Origin: Iphione sp. A-MEVVRFRX5
Lineage: Eukaryota
Length of the DNA: 64,000 nucleotides
NCBI GenBank assembly: GCA_976226885.1
Contig: OZ320320.1
Location: forward strand, 39,866,001 to 39,930,000
Direction of reading: 5' to 3'
Shown: positions 12,422-25,058 of the stretch, in pieces
Position numbering within the stretch: the stretch's first letter is position 1
Layout: each line of letters begins with the position of its first letter
Translations under genes and position numbers: made by a program
The notes under the pieces: generated by a model
What the model saw: the letters and a program-made list of their open reading frames with translations, nothing else
Databases searched by the model: none
What the model was told of the DNA's origin: nothing

Positions 12422-13685
12422 CTAAATTTCATTACGAATCTCCATCCAAATTTTCCCTAGAGTGTTTTCACCCTTGCGATTGTTAGATCTTAGATGTTTT
12501 GAGAGGATACCAATCCCAGACCCCATCAACTTATCATGAGTAGAGTGAACTAGGGTTTTTTCTTTCATGTCAATCAAGAGTTTCTTTAGGTCTGGGTTAT
12601 TCTTAAGCTTGATCATTAGAAATTTTTTGAGCTTCTTACCATCCTGAGATCCAGCCTCTTTTGATTGAGGTAGTGTGTTTTTGATATGAAGAACTTGCTC
12701 TATCATATGAGCCTCTGTTACTGATTCAGCTAGATCAGTGCGACCTGCTTGTTTAGCCTGACTATACACCAATGCGTAAGTGACTGTTGGGAGGGTTATG
12801 CAACCGACCTGAATCAGTGTCAAGTGTTCATTGGATGGGGGAGAATGTTTACTTTCAAAATACATGTAGACATGGGAGCCTATAACAATCATTGTGGCTA
12901 CCTGTAGATTCATATTCTTGGGAAAATAGGTTTAGTTGGGTGTGATGATATTTCTTTCCATCAATGATAATAGATAATCTGAAAACAGCAGATTTGTAAC
13001 CCTTGTATTTTGCTAAATTAGCGATAAGCTTGAGGTCTTTCTGAATTTTTGTCATTTCTGCTGGAAGATCCTCAGTTATCCAGACACTAGGATGCTTTTT
13101 ACCTAAGTTAAATCTGTTCTTGAAGATACGGTCTCTGTGCTCAATATGAGTTTATTGAACAAGCACTGCAGAGGGTTTGTGTTTGTTAACAAGATAGGTG
13201 TCTCGAATCTTCGAGTCATTGAGTTTGGGTGAAATATCCTTTAATAGGGTACCAACTTGTTGTTTTACAGAAGAAGTATTGGTGATATTGATACCATGGA
13301 TGATAAGATTAGGCCTCCTGTCTTTTACTTCCCTGTCAAGATATAGATTTTTCAGTTCATCAATCTGTGCCTTGAGCATGAGATTTTCGCATTTGAGTGA
13401 GTTAATTTCTTTTTGCACTGATATGAGATTTTCTCTTAAAGTAGAGGGTGAGTCACCATTAGAGTGTGCAGTAGAGGAGGAGTGACCATTAGTAACCTTT
13501 TTGTTAGTACTTTTGTTATGACTTATCTGTTCCCCTGGTGACAAAGGACACTGGCCAGTAGCGTCAATGTTGGCCAGGGTAGCCTTGGAGGGTGACCCAT
13601 CAGAGTTGTTGCTGTTCGCGCCATCACAAGCACCAGCTGGAGAGGTGGATTCTTTGTTCCTTGTATTCCTCTCTTTCCCTGGCAT
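12422..13685 (-). pseudogene. LINE-A ORF1: basic N-terminus, coiled coil, L1-like RRM/CTD, C-terminal NADAR-like domain
   Basis: MPGKERNTR..., LRENLISVQKEINSLKCENLMLKAQIDELK, RPNLIIHGI, VWITEDLP, IIDGKKY; then YFESKHSPPSN..KNNPDLKKLL..VHSTHDKLMGSG..GENTLGKIWMEIR; one stop, one frameshift. Confidence 0.78.
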
Positions 13686-13785
13686 TTTGTCGCTGATACT
13701 CAGATATTTGATAATATAAACCTTCACTGATGTTGAGAAATCTTAAATGTACAGACTCTGTAGTGTAACGTTTGGATTCAGCGTG

Positions 13786-14250
13786 TTAGGGAGGTGATAT
13801 AGTTGTATTTCCTGAGAGCACACCCGTAAACACGTCTGACCCTGCATGGCCATCTCTGAAACAGAAATCTTTATCATATGCCATGTATAGCACAGCCATG
13901 TCATATTGATCAAATGACATGTTAGCTATGTCCTCAGTTACTGAGGGAGGAAACCTAACGTACAAGACAGGAGAAACAGACTTAGTTTTACCTTTTGTCT
14001 GCAGAGACGTTGGGTAGATAGCAGTTGCTAATCGTTCTGCCAATTCTCCTGCCTCTGTGTGCAACTGCCGAGGGGAAGGCTCGTCATCATCTGTCTGTTC
14101 GTATTCATTATGAAACTTGGAAGGGGGGGTCACCATCTGTGGGTAACGACTGCTCTTCCAGCTTGGACAATCGTTGAAGAACCTTTTCCTTCATCCATGT
14201 CGATTGCCCACGTGTATAGAGAAACAGAGCTGGTGTCACCTGCCTCTTAC
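13786..14250 (-). pseudogene. Unassigned coding remnant, possibly gag N-terminus of a YR retrotransposon
   Basis: VLQRLSKLEEQ, acidic stretch, then SFDQYDMAVL resembles Ngaro gag layout; frameshifted; not firmly linked to Ngaro-1. Confidence 0.35.
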
Positions 14251-14706
14251 CCCTCTGACAACTGCACATGAGAGAATGAACGCAGCGTGCGCAACGGCTT
14301 ATATACCGTAGTTGGAAGTGACACCTTGCAGGTCGATAATACATTACCGTGAGCCATAATTCTACAATGTTCAGTGTAAAATTTCATGTTTTACATGAAC
14401 TTACATAAAGACAGAAAACAAAGCAGTATGCCTAGTAAGAAAAGCCAATTCCATGTTTTTCTGTTACCAAGGTTTTGACAAGTTGTTTGCACCTCCTACA
14501 TGTAACAAATGCGACCGGACCTGGCCGAAGCAACCACTAGAATGTCAGTCACAGTCCTTTTGATGCCTTTGGATAAACATGTCTCTGAGATTTCATGTTA
14601 TCAGAGCTAGCTTTGAGATTACATTAGGTGAATCAGTTGGAGAACCAAATGTATGTACCGGATAATGTAAACACAGAGGAGAAAACGCATAATTGCAGAT
14701 CGTCGG

Positions 14707-14898
14707 TTCAAATTTGACAATGCTTACCAGCCTTTCCCGCTAATGTCAGAATGTCCGATCATCATAGATGGAGAACTATTTCAATCGGTGGGAATGGCAC
14801 TCCAGATCACCAAATCTCGTGCCTGTGAGAATTTACGTGCATGACATGATATAAACAAACGCCAATCTGGGCGAGAAGGATGAAGAATCGGTAAAAAA
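14707..14898 (+). pseudogene. NADAR N-terminal half of LINE-C ORF1
   Basis: FKFDNAYQPFPLMSECPIIIDGELFQSVGMALQITKSRACENLRA*HDINKRQSGREG*RIGKK aligns with VSFNNEVPGLSPMEYSPMELDGTYFDCLETAYQTCK..RAARDL..SGYEARRIGAK of LINE-B; both stops are TGA at Arg positions. Confidence 0.7.
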
Positions 14899-15042
14899 AA
14901 TTGTAGGATACTCCCGGCAGTCTTGAGATGAGAGAGGAGAGTGCCTGCCACCAACGGTCATACACGTCATTATAGTCAGGTGAGCATCATACAGTTACTT
15001 AATACGGAACGATATGTTCATTGACACTTCAACCTACCACCT

Positions 15043-15667
15043 TGTAAATTTCACTCCCCTATTTCCTCACTTCACATGCACAACTCTTGAAATATGGAGT
15101 CTTCAATCTCTACTGTTCTTTGAGGATTCCGGGTCGCCAGAGTTTACTATTGAACTCAATGTGATCTAATGACTTCTTCTAGTCTATTATAACTCCTAAT
15201 AAGTGACAATACTTATCTCAGTTACTTCTGCTCTATGTAGCCTTCAGCGTATTGGCTGGAGATTTGGCTGTCTTCTTCAAAGATAACGCGGGTGAAGTCA
15301 GTTCAGAGCTTGGCTGGTTGAATCTGATTTTATTGCAAAAACCCTCCAGTATTTATACTAACTGACCAGGACGTGCAGTCATACTCCCAGTCACGCCCGT
15401 GGGTTTGCTAAAATTCCTCTTGTGGGTTTTCATCGGGTGCGCTCAGTGCATCTCTTTGAACTTCGACAACTTTACGACTCCTGGAAATCCTGAAAGTCCT
15501 ATGACCAACCCTTAATGTCTTTTCATCATCTTTCCTCACCATCCACCTTCCCTTCTGAGAAGAGATGGTACCGACCTCTTTCTAAGTCAGCTCTCTTCCC
15601 AGAAAAGGTTGGATGAGATGCACTGAACACGACCCAAATCCACCCCCACAAGGGTGTATACTTTACA
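15043..15667 (-). repeat. Gypsy-1 3' LTR
   Basis: Near-identical to 22167-22791 (about 6 substitutions by eye); TATAAA followed ~20 nt later by AATAAA on the minus strand (~15360 to 15330). Confidence 0.97.
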
Positions 15668-15686
15668 TACCTCCCCTACTTTTTAG
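15668..15686 (-). promoter_or_regulatory. Polypurine tract of Gypsy-1
   Basis: AAAAAGTAGGGGAGGTA on the minus strand abutting the 3' LTR. Confidence 0.85.
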
Positions 15687-15895
15687 TTTTATTACGATGA
15701 ATAAAACTCAAATGTTCATTACTGTCTTGCTCAACGTGGATTATACATGATTAGATATGCGTAACTGAGTACATGATAATGCACAAATAGATGGATAACT
15801 ACTTGAGTACATTAAGGGTACACAACATCTAACTAAATATAGCCATTTGAGAATAATAACAATTCTTGTTGAGTTATTCTCTCCTTCGCATATTA

Positions 15896-17647
15896 CTAAG
15901 AGGCTAGGACAGCTAGCTCTATCTCGCTGAGCTCACTAGTACTTGGTCTGGCAGTAGTCTGCCGAGTAGTCTTTACTGTAGGTGGTCTCCTCCTGAAAAT
16001 ACACTTCCTCTTCCAAATTATCAAAATTAACACTGCAACAATGACAATTATTACCGCTATTACCATAGGACTGATAGTCTTTAAATGGTGTAGTACCTTG
16101 ACATGTTCGTAACCCTCCTTGATGGCATTCCAGGTCTTAATTTTAATAAGTCGCACTTGTACTCTCTTCTTGAATTTAAGTTCACCAGAAATTTCTGCTT
16201 CTATTTGGTTCGGCCAAGAGAAGTTCATGTTTCGATGGAATTGTACAGTACTTGCTTGTTTGACAACCTTACTTCGACCTTTCTTGGTACCACTGACTCG
16301 CCACTGATCTGTTTCTAATTTGCAATCACCAGGCACTTCTATTTGTGTAAGGCCATAAACATTCTTTACTAGTGCCGGCTTCCCGAGACATCGTAATGTT
16401 ACTGGAACTTGTTCATACGTAGCCACAACAAAATTGCCAATACTTATAGGAAAGACATCAAAGTGTTTGTTATTCCTTTCAGATATTTCAATTACACATA
16501 AATCAAGGGAGTTATTAGTGACTAACCCCCACTCACAGCTAGGTGTTAACAATTCCTTTTGTGGTGAACATACTCGTGGATTTAAACCATAACACTTATC
16601 TGGCCAAAAGATACCACCATTATCAGTATTGACAGTTATTTGATGGCCCTTCACTGTTCTTATGTGCTGTTTACCGGCCTTTACTGGAAAATAATGGAGT
16701 TTGTACTGTAAGTACCGTACTCGGCCTAATGCTGGGATAACAACACGAAACACCAACTTTCTTTCTTCAGTCCATAAAGGCTCAATCCAAACATTTTCAT
16801 AATACCACTCTGGGATAGGGGTCCCATAACCCCACTTCCTAATTTTCAACAAGACATCTTCCAGTTCAGTCACAGCTAGAGTATTCTCTGTCAGCCACCC
16901 TCGCTCTAATTCATGCTTCTGGCTCCAAAAAGCATGAAGCTGTGCAGAAAACTCACGATTCACTAGTTCCAGTTCTCTAATGGTACGGTCAATGGTTCGA
17001 GCAACAATCAGTCCATTAACCCGTTGATCTAGCCCGGATAGATCAGCGCTATACCTATCGAGTCGCTCAACTAACTCTTCTTGATTTCATTGCAGTTCCT
17101 ATAGATCAAAGCGATTTTCTTGCACATATCGCCTTGTTTGATTCACTATTGTCATCATGTCATCATACATGTGTGTAATAACATCTTCGTTAGCCACAGT
17201 TCTGTCGATGATGGAGCTCAGCTCTTCCACTTCTTTCACCATTGCTGTACCAAATAGAGTCCTACTAATGTCACCAACAACATCTAGCAGCCCTCTTTTT
17301 ACCCTTCGTACTCGTCGTCGTGAAGACCTGGACTGCCGGCTTAGCTGGTGCTCCGGTCCTGCGGGCCCTTGCAGTTCCAAAGCAGCCAAGCGAGCCTCCC
17401 AGATACGCTGGTCCTCTGAGGCCACTCGAGAACCGGCTGACTGGATACCCTCTTTCACACACCCTACCCATGCCCGCATGGGTATTGCTGGGGGAGGGTT
17501 GATCACCACCAATGCAGTCCAGATAGCCTCAATTGTACGGGTCGATCCTTCTTCTTCTATCAGCACGCCATCATCATGGAAGAGGTTAGCTGTCATCACA
17601 CAAGTTATGCCACTTAGGCACAAAGCAATGACACCAAGGCAATGCAT
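15896..17647 (-). pseudogene. env: Gypsy-1 envelope, baculovirus-F/errantivirus-type class I fusogen
   Basis: Signal peptide MHCLGVIALCLSGITC, furin site RVRRVKR|GLLDVVGDISRTLFGTA, heptad region, Cys-rich domain, TM VIAVIIVIVAVLILIIW; interrupted by stops near 17099-17085. Confidence 0.88.
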
Positions 17648-20600
17648 TGTCGTTTTGCCTCACTATCGTCTACTGCAGACCCACAACGTTTACCTTTTAA
17701 TGTGGGTCCTAGGAGTCGGCTGGCTCTAGGAGATGGTGCATCAGGATGTTCGTCTTGGCTACGTCTCCCGCACAGACTAGGACCAAGGCGTCGCTGTGCC
17801 TGTGCCGCTGGCCCCTCGTCGACAGCGGTCGATGGTCGTTTACTTGGTAGGGGAGGCTCCAGTTGCTGTGCTGTTGTCCCTGGAGTGGATATTAGGCGCT
17901 GAGCCAACCGGGCACTGTGTCTAAGTGATGGAGTTGAAGCTTGGGTCTCATCACCACCAGCTTCAAGTTGCTGCTCCCAGTCTGGTTCCCGTTCTTCATT
18001 CACTGGGGAAGTTGTCTCACTAGCTCATTGCTGTGTGGTGGTTGGCACATTTATAGGCAGTCTCCTGGCTGCACGTGTGATCCATGGTCTGACATCATCC
18101 CAGACCGAGTCCGGGTTCACCAGCCTCAGTTTGTCACGATTGACCACTCTTCTCTTCCCGGTACGCTGGTTTACGATGGTGATGACTGGTCCTTGCACTT
18201 GGGTCACCAAGTACTCATGGTCCCACCTGGAGTCCAATGGTGTACGTTCTTGGGCAACCATGATAACTTGATCACCTGGCTGGAGTTGTCCAGCCCTGGC
18301 TCTCTTCTGCAGATGTTCACGGTTGTAGTACCGGCTCTCTTCTGTAGCCCTAGCTGCATCTTTGAAGGCCTGGGTCAGCAAGTCGATTTTTTCCCCTATG
18401 GCTCTGGGGTCAGAGCCCTCTGTACGATTGAGCATCTTCGTGAGTGGGGCTTACGGCTTCCTTCCATACTGCAAGAAGAAGGGGGTGTAGCCTGTCACAG
18501 TAGACGTGGAAATGCGATGTGCCCATAAAGCCTGACCCAGCTTGTCCTCCCAGTCTGATGTTCGGTTGTCAACCAGCTTGCGAATCATGTTCTTCAGGGT
18601 ACGATGGAACCGCTCTATTTTCCCATTCGTTTCTGGGTGGTAGGGTGTTGTACTTTGATATTCTATCCGCACTGACTCCATATACTGTTTCACCAGTGTT
18701 GCTTGGAACTCTAGTCCTCGGTCAGTGATAATCACTTCTGGTGCACCATATCGCGGTAGATATTCTTGTTCCAGGTATCTCAGAACCCATTGCGATTCCT
18801 TACTTGGTATTGGTTTTACCTCTACCCAGCCACTGCAGTGGTCAATGATCGTCAGCATGTATTTGTTCCCATACTTTGTCAAGGGAAGGGGCCCACATAG
18901 GTTCATCCCGATAATCTGTCCTGGATATGCTGCTACTGGCATCTCTGTTGGTGGTGGGAACTCTCTTCGTTCTTGATTAATGGCACAGCGTTCACACTTA
19001 GCCAACACTGCTGTCACATCTTGTCTCTGTCTTGGCCACTTGTAAGCCTCTTGTATCCTGTCTAAGGTTTTCCGTACAGCCTGATGTCCAACTTCTGTAT
19101 GTGCCCTTCGAATTACCCTGTAGCGAGCACTAGGTGGTAACACCAGCCTTGGATAGGGGAGTTTTCCTTCAGGTGGGACTATGGTGTACAGTAGTCCCTT
19201 CATAAGTTCATATCCTGAGTCTTCTTCCTGTGCCATCTCGTACTCTGGCATCTTCTTCTGTTCATCGATGATTTCTTGCTTCTCTAACTGATCGAACTCC
19301 CATGGGATCTGGTTAGGATGTTCTCCCATGATGTCGTCTGCAGCAATCCAGTCTGTTGTTGTCTCAACAGCTCCGATGTTTCTTGTTTTGATCCGTGATA
19401 GCATGTCAGCTCTGATGTTGTTTGTCCCCTTTCGGTACTCAATAGGAGCTCCGTACTCCGCGATGAGTACTGCCCACCGTTGGATCTTCGTGTTCTTCAC
19501 TTCTGACAGGAACAGGGATTTCAATGGCTTGTGATCAGTGTATATGGTGAATTCTGCCCCATGAAGATATGGTCTCAACTTTGTTAGGGCATATACCACC
19601 GCGTAGGCCTCCTTCTCTATGGTAGCCCACTTGAGTTGGTTGCCTGCGAGTTGTTTGGAGACATATTGGTTAGGCTTCTCCACTCCATTTTCTTCCTAGA
19701 CAAGAATCGCACCAACCGCATAATCACAGGCATCCGTGTATACCTTATAAGGTTTTGACATATCCGGATGCGCCATCACTTCACTTGAGATCAGTTTCTG
19801 CTTCAACATCTCAAATGCATCTTGTTCTTCTATCCCCCATTCAAACCTTGCATGTTTCCTTGTCAGTTTGACTAATGGTGTTGCGATCGTTGCATAGTTG
19901 GGGACACATTGTCTATAATACCCAGCCATGCCAAGAAATGATCTCACCTCGGTGACGTCTTTGGGAGGTCCTAGTTCTGCAATGGCTCTTGTCTTTTCGG
20001 GATCACACACAATTCCGTCTGCACTGACGATGTAGCCTAGCAGGTGCACTGAAGGGACATCTATGTGGCATTTGCTTGGCTTAAGCTTCAGGCCATAATG
20101 CTCAAGAGCATCAAAGACTTGGCCCAAATGTTGTTGGTGTTCCTCATTGTCTTTGGAATATACCACAATATCATCAATGTATACCATGGCAAAATCCCCC
20201 AGCATGTCTCCTAGTACCTGTTGCATAGTGCATTGGAAAATAGCAGGTGCGTTGGCCAATCCAAATGGCATTCTTAAGAACTCGTACAGGCCTCGGTGAC
20301 ATACAAAGGCAGTCTTCTCCATATCATATTCGTGTACAGGTACCTACCAATAACCTGACTTCAGGTCTAAAGTGCTGAAAACTTTAGCTCCTGCTAGACT
20401 GTCAAAGATATCTTGAATTATTGGCAGTGGGTGAGCATCCTTTTTGGTGATCGCGTTCAGCTTCCGGTAGTCGACACAAAACCTGGTAGTTCTGTCCTTC
20501 TTTGGTACCAGTGTGATCAGAGAAGCCCATGGTGAGTGGCTGGGTCAGATTACGCCATCTTGTATCATCTTATCGATCTCTTTCTCTACTTCTTTTCATT

Positions 20601-21198
20601 TGCTTAGTGGTAGCCTGTAGGGTCTCTGTCTGATAGGTGGGTGATCGCCAGTATCAATGCGCAGTTTCACAGTTGATACTAGGCCATTAGGATTTCCTTC
20701 TGTCGCAAATAGGTTAGGCCGGGCTAGAACCCATCCTTCCAAAGTTGTGCATGCAATGTGAATGTCGGGGATACCAACTGAAGTATAAGGTAGTTTAGCA
20801 TTTCCATCAAGGTGTACGGTTCCTGTATTATAGTCGATGATGGCTCCTAGCCTACGGAGGCCATCATCACCCAGTAAGAAACGATGACCCATCTCCATCA
20901 CGACAATTACCTCTGTGTGACATGACATTATCTCTATCAGAGTCCTCCCTTTAGTTTGTATCAAATGTCCTGTCAACGACTTCAGCTGCTCTGCCTCTTT
21001 CATGACAGGCTGTCTATGCTTCCGTCTACAATATTCATGCCAAACATCTTCTCTAATCAATGTTCTACAGGCACCGGTATCCACTAGTGTATGTACTTCT
21101 AGGTTGTCTGCTAATTTTAATGGGATACATACCCTTGTGTCCAGTGCCCTTAGGCATTTCCCTGCATTCCTGCTTGCTGCATCTGCTGGGTGGGACAC
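17614..21198 (-). pseudogene. pol: Gypsy-1 pol (PR-RT-RH-IN plus low-complexity C-terminal tail)
   Basis: LVDTGA; MPFGLANAP, YIDD; VYTDACDYAVGA, TDHKPL; HTEVGH..C..C, TDRG..F, YHPETNGKIERFHRTLK; several in-frame stops. Confidence 0.95.
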
Positions 21199-22112
21199 TG
21201 TCTTGCAAAGTGTCCTGCTTCACCGCAATTAAAACAGTTCGGTGTCCCATCATCATTGTAGGCTGGTTTGCCGAACTTGGTTCTCCGCTCTTGCCTCTGG
21301 GGCTGATACTGCGCTCCTCTTTGATATGTGGCTTGTGATGCATTCCCTGACTTCAAATAATCACCTTTCTTCTCCATCCTCCCCACTTGCTTCTGCAGTC
21401 CTCTCACACTTCCGGTCAATTCCTTCACCAGTTTGACTAGTTCTGTTTCTAATTCTGTTGGCTTACCCTGTGCCAGTGGTAGGGCTCCTATGTCCATTGG
21501 CTCTTCCTGTCGACTGTCCGTTTCTGCTAGTGCTACGGCTCGTGACACTGAGTTGGTGCGGTTAATTGCTTCTGTCAGGTTAGCTGGTCTGTGTAGATGC
21601 ACCTGTGTCCGTACTTCCTTATCACGTAGGCCGTTGATGTAATTCTGTACCAGTCCTTCCATCACTAGATCGGTGTCAAGCTCCGCACGGGTATATGCCT
21701 TTTGTACTGCCAGCATGTATTTCAGTCCATACTCTCTGCTGTCCTGATAGGGTGCCTGCTTAAGCTGCGATACTTTATTTCTACGGAATTCCGGTTTGTC
21801 TTCATCTAAGAAGTTTGCTGTTACGAATGCTTTTATACCGTCCCAAGTCACTTGTGCCCCTTGTTCATCTTTATAAGCTGTGATGCTTGTCCTTAATGCT
21901 CCTTTGGAGAGGTATCCCACCATTCCAATTATTCAATTATCTCCTGCCCCCGTCCATACCTTTGCTGCTGACACTGCGTCGATCCACTCCCTCAGCTGTT
22001 CTCTTCCCGCTCCATCGCAGCTTTCTATATGACGTGCATGCTGTTGTAATATTTTACGCATCTGATCTTCTGCCTTCTGTTCATTCCTGGCTTGCATTAA
22101 CTGTTCTGCCAT
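21150..22112 (-). pseudogene. gag: Gypsy-1 gag with CCHC zinc knuckle
   Basis: Starts MAEQLMQARNEQ at 22112; EEPMDIG; CFNCGEAGHFARQC; one in-frame TGA near 21935. Confidence 0.92.
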
Positions 22113-22149
22113 TGCGAGGTACTGTGTAATTAGAATCAGTTAATTTGGT

Positions 22150-22165
22150 CTTGTCCGGGTCGCCA
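22150..22165 (-). promoter_or_regulatory. Primer-binding site of Gypsy-1 (TGGCGACC..., probably tRNA-Arg type)
   Basis: TGGCGACCCGGACAA begins 1 nt after the 5' LTR; tRNA identity inferred only from the TGGCGACC start. Confidence 0.75.
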
Positions 22166-22166
22166 A

Positions 22167-22791
22167 TGTAAATTTCACTCCCCTATTTCCTCACTTCACA
22201 TGCACAACTCTTGAAATATAGAGTCTTCAATCTCTACTGTTCTTTGAGGATTCCGGGTCGCCAGAGTTTACTATTGAACTCAATGTGATCTAATGACTTC
22301 TTCTAGTCTATTATAACTCCTAATAAGTGACAATACTTATCTCAGTTACTTCTGCTCTATGTAGCCTTTAGTGTATTGGCTGGAGATTCGGCTGTCTTCT
22401 TCAAAGATAACGCGGGTGAAGTCAGTTCAAAGCTTGGCTGGTTGAATCTGATTTTATTGCAAAAACCCTCCAGTATTTATACTAACTGACCAGGACGTGC
22501 AGTCATACTCCCAGTCACGCCCGTGGGTTTGCTAAAATTCCTCTTATGGGTTTTCATCGGGTGCGCTCAGTGCATCTCTTTGAACTTCGACAACTTTACG
22601 ACTCCTGGAAATCCTGAAAGTCCTATGACCAACCCTTAATGTCTTTTCATCATCTTTCCTCACCATCCACCTTCCCTTCTGAGAAGAGATGGTACCGACC
22701 TCTTTCTAAGTCAGCTCTCTTCCCAGAAAAGGTTGGATGAGATGCACTGAACACGACCCAAATCCACCCCCACAAGGGTGTATACTTTACA
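22167..22791 (-). repeat. Gypsy-1 5' LTR
   Basis: 625-bp copy of 15043-15667. Confidence 0.97.
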
Positions 22792-23093
22792 ACCTGGTAG
22801 TGTTGGCCTTCGGTACGTATGACATCTTGTGACTTGAGACGGGCCAGTGGGCATTACACTATAGCACAGTTTGACAATACCAGAGGAGACTACATCACTA
22901 CTTCAATATCCTTGTCAATCAAGCATAGGGTCCAATTTCGGATGGGCCCTACCTTATTGATATGTCCTGCTGCTCCAGTTGCACTATGGCGGCTACAACG
23001 AGATAGAACAGACTGTCTGGAACAGGCCAGGCTGGATACAGCAATCGACGTCCGCAGCACTGAATGTGATTTGAACAAACTGCCGGTGAACTG

Positions 23094-25058
23094 GTGCACA
23101 AAATGTGCCCAGAAAGGGAAATCAAGGTCAGAGAAGGCGTCGATGGCTTTAAACTGGATGCTGGTGTGGTGGAACTTTTTGGCGACCAAAACTACTATCT
23201 CAAGAAGTGGAAGGAGTTTAAAGAGGAAGATGACCGTCGTATTTACAGGTTCTTGAGTGCTGTTGTAAGGAAATCCGTCCGGCGTGCCCAGCGAGACCAT
23301 TGGCACACAAAGATTACTGAGTGTGGTAATGACAGCCGGAGGCTATGGAGTGTATTGAATGGGGTAATGGGAAAAGAGAAGATGCAACCTATTCTACCCG
23401 TGCTACCCGACGATGAGGATGAGACCTCTGCTGTACTAGCAAACAGTCTCAATGATCACTTCATCGATGAAGCTCTGAGGTTGACTTCAAATTGCACTAA
23501 TACAGTCTATGCTACGAACTTGTCATCTGGGGAAAGATTCGAGGTGAGATCACCATCACCCACATATATTCGTCCGCTAGTCTCAAAACTGAATACCAGG
23601 AAGTCGTCAGGTATTGACTACCTACCCATGGTGATATTGAAGCCACTTCTGTTGAGGCTACTGGATCTACTTGCCCGGATTTACCATTGTATGTTGGTCA
23701 CAGGGGTCTATCCCGCCTCCTGGAAGATAGCATGGGTCACACCTTTGTTCAAAAAGGGAGACCCGAATAATTTGGGCAATTATAGACCCATGTCTATCCT
23801 CCCGTTGCCAGGGAAGATTTTTGAGAAGTGGCTTATGAAATGAGTTATGGGGGAGGTGGAATGGAGAAGCCTCTTAAGCCCGCACCAACATGGGTTATGC
23901 CCAGTCTGCAGTAGCGAGACCGCAATCGTTACCCTGCTAAACCATGTCGAAGACAAGTTAAATAACGGGAGGTACTGTTGTATTGTGGCCTTCGATTTCA
24001 AGAAGGCCTTTGATCTGATACCTCACCGTTTAGTCATCCAAAGACTGGAAGAAGTCGGGGCTGGCAGGCAAGTTTGTAGGCTAATGGAGGACTTCTTCAG
24101 GAAGCGTTATCAGTATGTGAGATGCAAGGGTCAAATGTCAAGATTGTGGTCGCTGGAACAAGGTGTTCCGCAAGGATCTGTAATAGGTCCAAATGCCTTC
24201 AACCTAGTAATTGACAGGGTTACTGAAGGCTTGGCTGTCAATGTGAGATCAGTATTGTATGCTGACGACCTGTCGATTGTGGCTGATGCGGATGATCTGC
24301 TAAGGCTGAGAGCAATGGTACAAAACACAGTGGACGCAGTTTAGCGGTGGAGTATGTCAGTTAGATTGTGCCTCAGTGAACAAAAATGTACTTATGTGCC
24401 CATGGGTAAGGTGGCGGGCTTTGATCTGGACATCATGTTAAATGGAAGTCAGCTCTGCCTGACTAATGTCAGCCCCCTACTGGGCTACACAATTGACGCT
24501 GGGCTAAGGTTCAAAGAATGTGTCAGAACACTGAAAAGGAATATGTGGAGTGCTGCTGTCAAAATTGGTCGAGTAAAGAACATCATCCCGATGTCTGCAA
24601 GGAAACGCCTATTGAAGGAATTAGTCGTGCCCCATTTATACTATGCGGCCATGCTATTATATGGGGCATCTGCAGCCGATATCTGTGAGGTTCAAGTGCA
24701 CCTGAACAGGTGCTGTCAGGCGGCTCTTCAAACCTCGACCTACTTATCAGCGAGGACTCTCTCAGGCAAGTTGGGCCTTGAATGAGTGGCGACGATTGTG
24801 GAGTATAAAGGTCTGAGTGCCATTCACAGGCAGAAATGCTTAGGCCTCATGCCACTGGCAGCTACGTCTAGGACCAGGCTGGGCTCAACATCTTGTATCA
24901 GACTGGAACACCCAAGAACCAAGAGGTCCGCGATGTCGCTAAGATACAGGGGATCACAAGCTTGGAACGGACTGCCCCCGGATATGAAAGCATCTGCAAC
25001 CCCCAACATTAAGAGCTGGGTAAGGGACAGACTAACATCCAGGCGATCGGATCTGTGA
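23094..25058 (+). pseudogene. LINE-C ORF2 remnant (linker + RT; APE mostly deleted)
   Basis: NYRPMSILP, FDFKKAFDLIPH, GVPQGSVIGP, YADD, HLYYAAML; several stops. Confidence 0.93.

Larger units (their letters stand above)
7905..13770 (-). mobile_element. LINE-A: CR1/L2-group non-LTR retrotransposon with three ORFs (ORF1-NADAR, SGNH esterase, APE-RT)
   Basis: ORF1 13685-12422, esterase 12345-11488, ORF2 ~10987-8098, AATAAA plus (TAT)n tail at ~7905-7935 on the minus strand. Confidence 0.9.
15043..22791 (-). mobile_element. Gypsy-1: full-length env-bearing Ty3/Gypsy (errantivirus-like) element, 7749 bp
   Basis: 625-bp LTRs (TGTAAA...TTTACA), 4-bp TSD ACCT (15039-15042 / 22792-22795), PBS, PPT, gag-pol-env order. 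Confidence 0.97.

Noticed and set aside
17157-17729. 190-aa plus-strand ORF, and similar antisense ORFs (40551-41135, 41661-42185, 50765-51337, 54706-55113)
   Set aside because: Mirror frames of env, ORF1 or pol or of GC-rich leader, with no recognisable motifs
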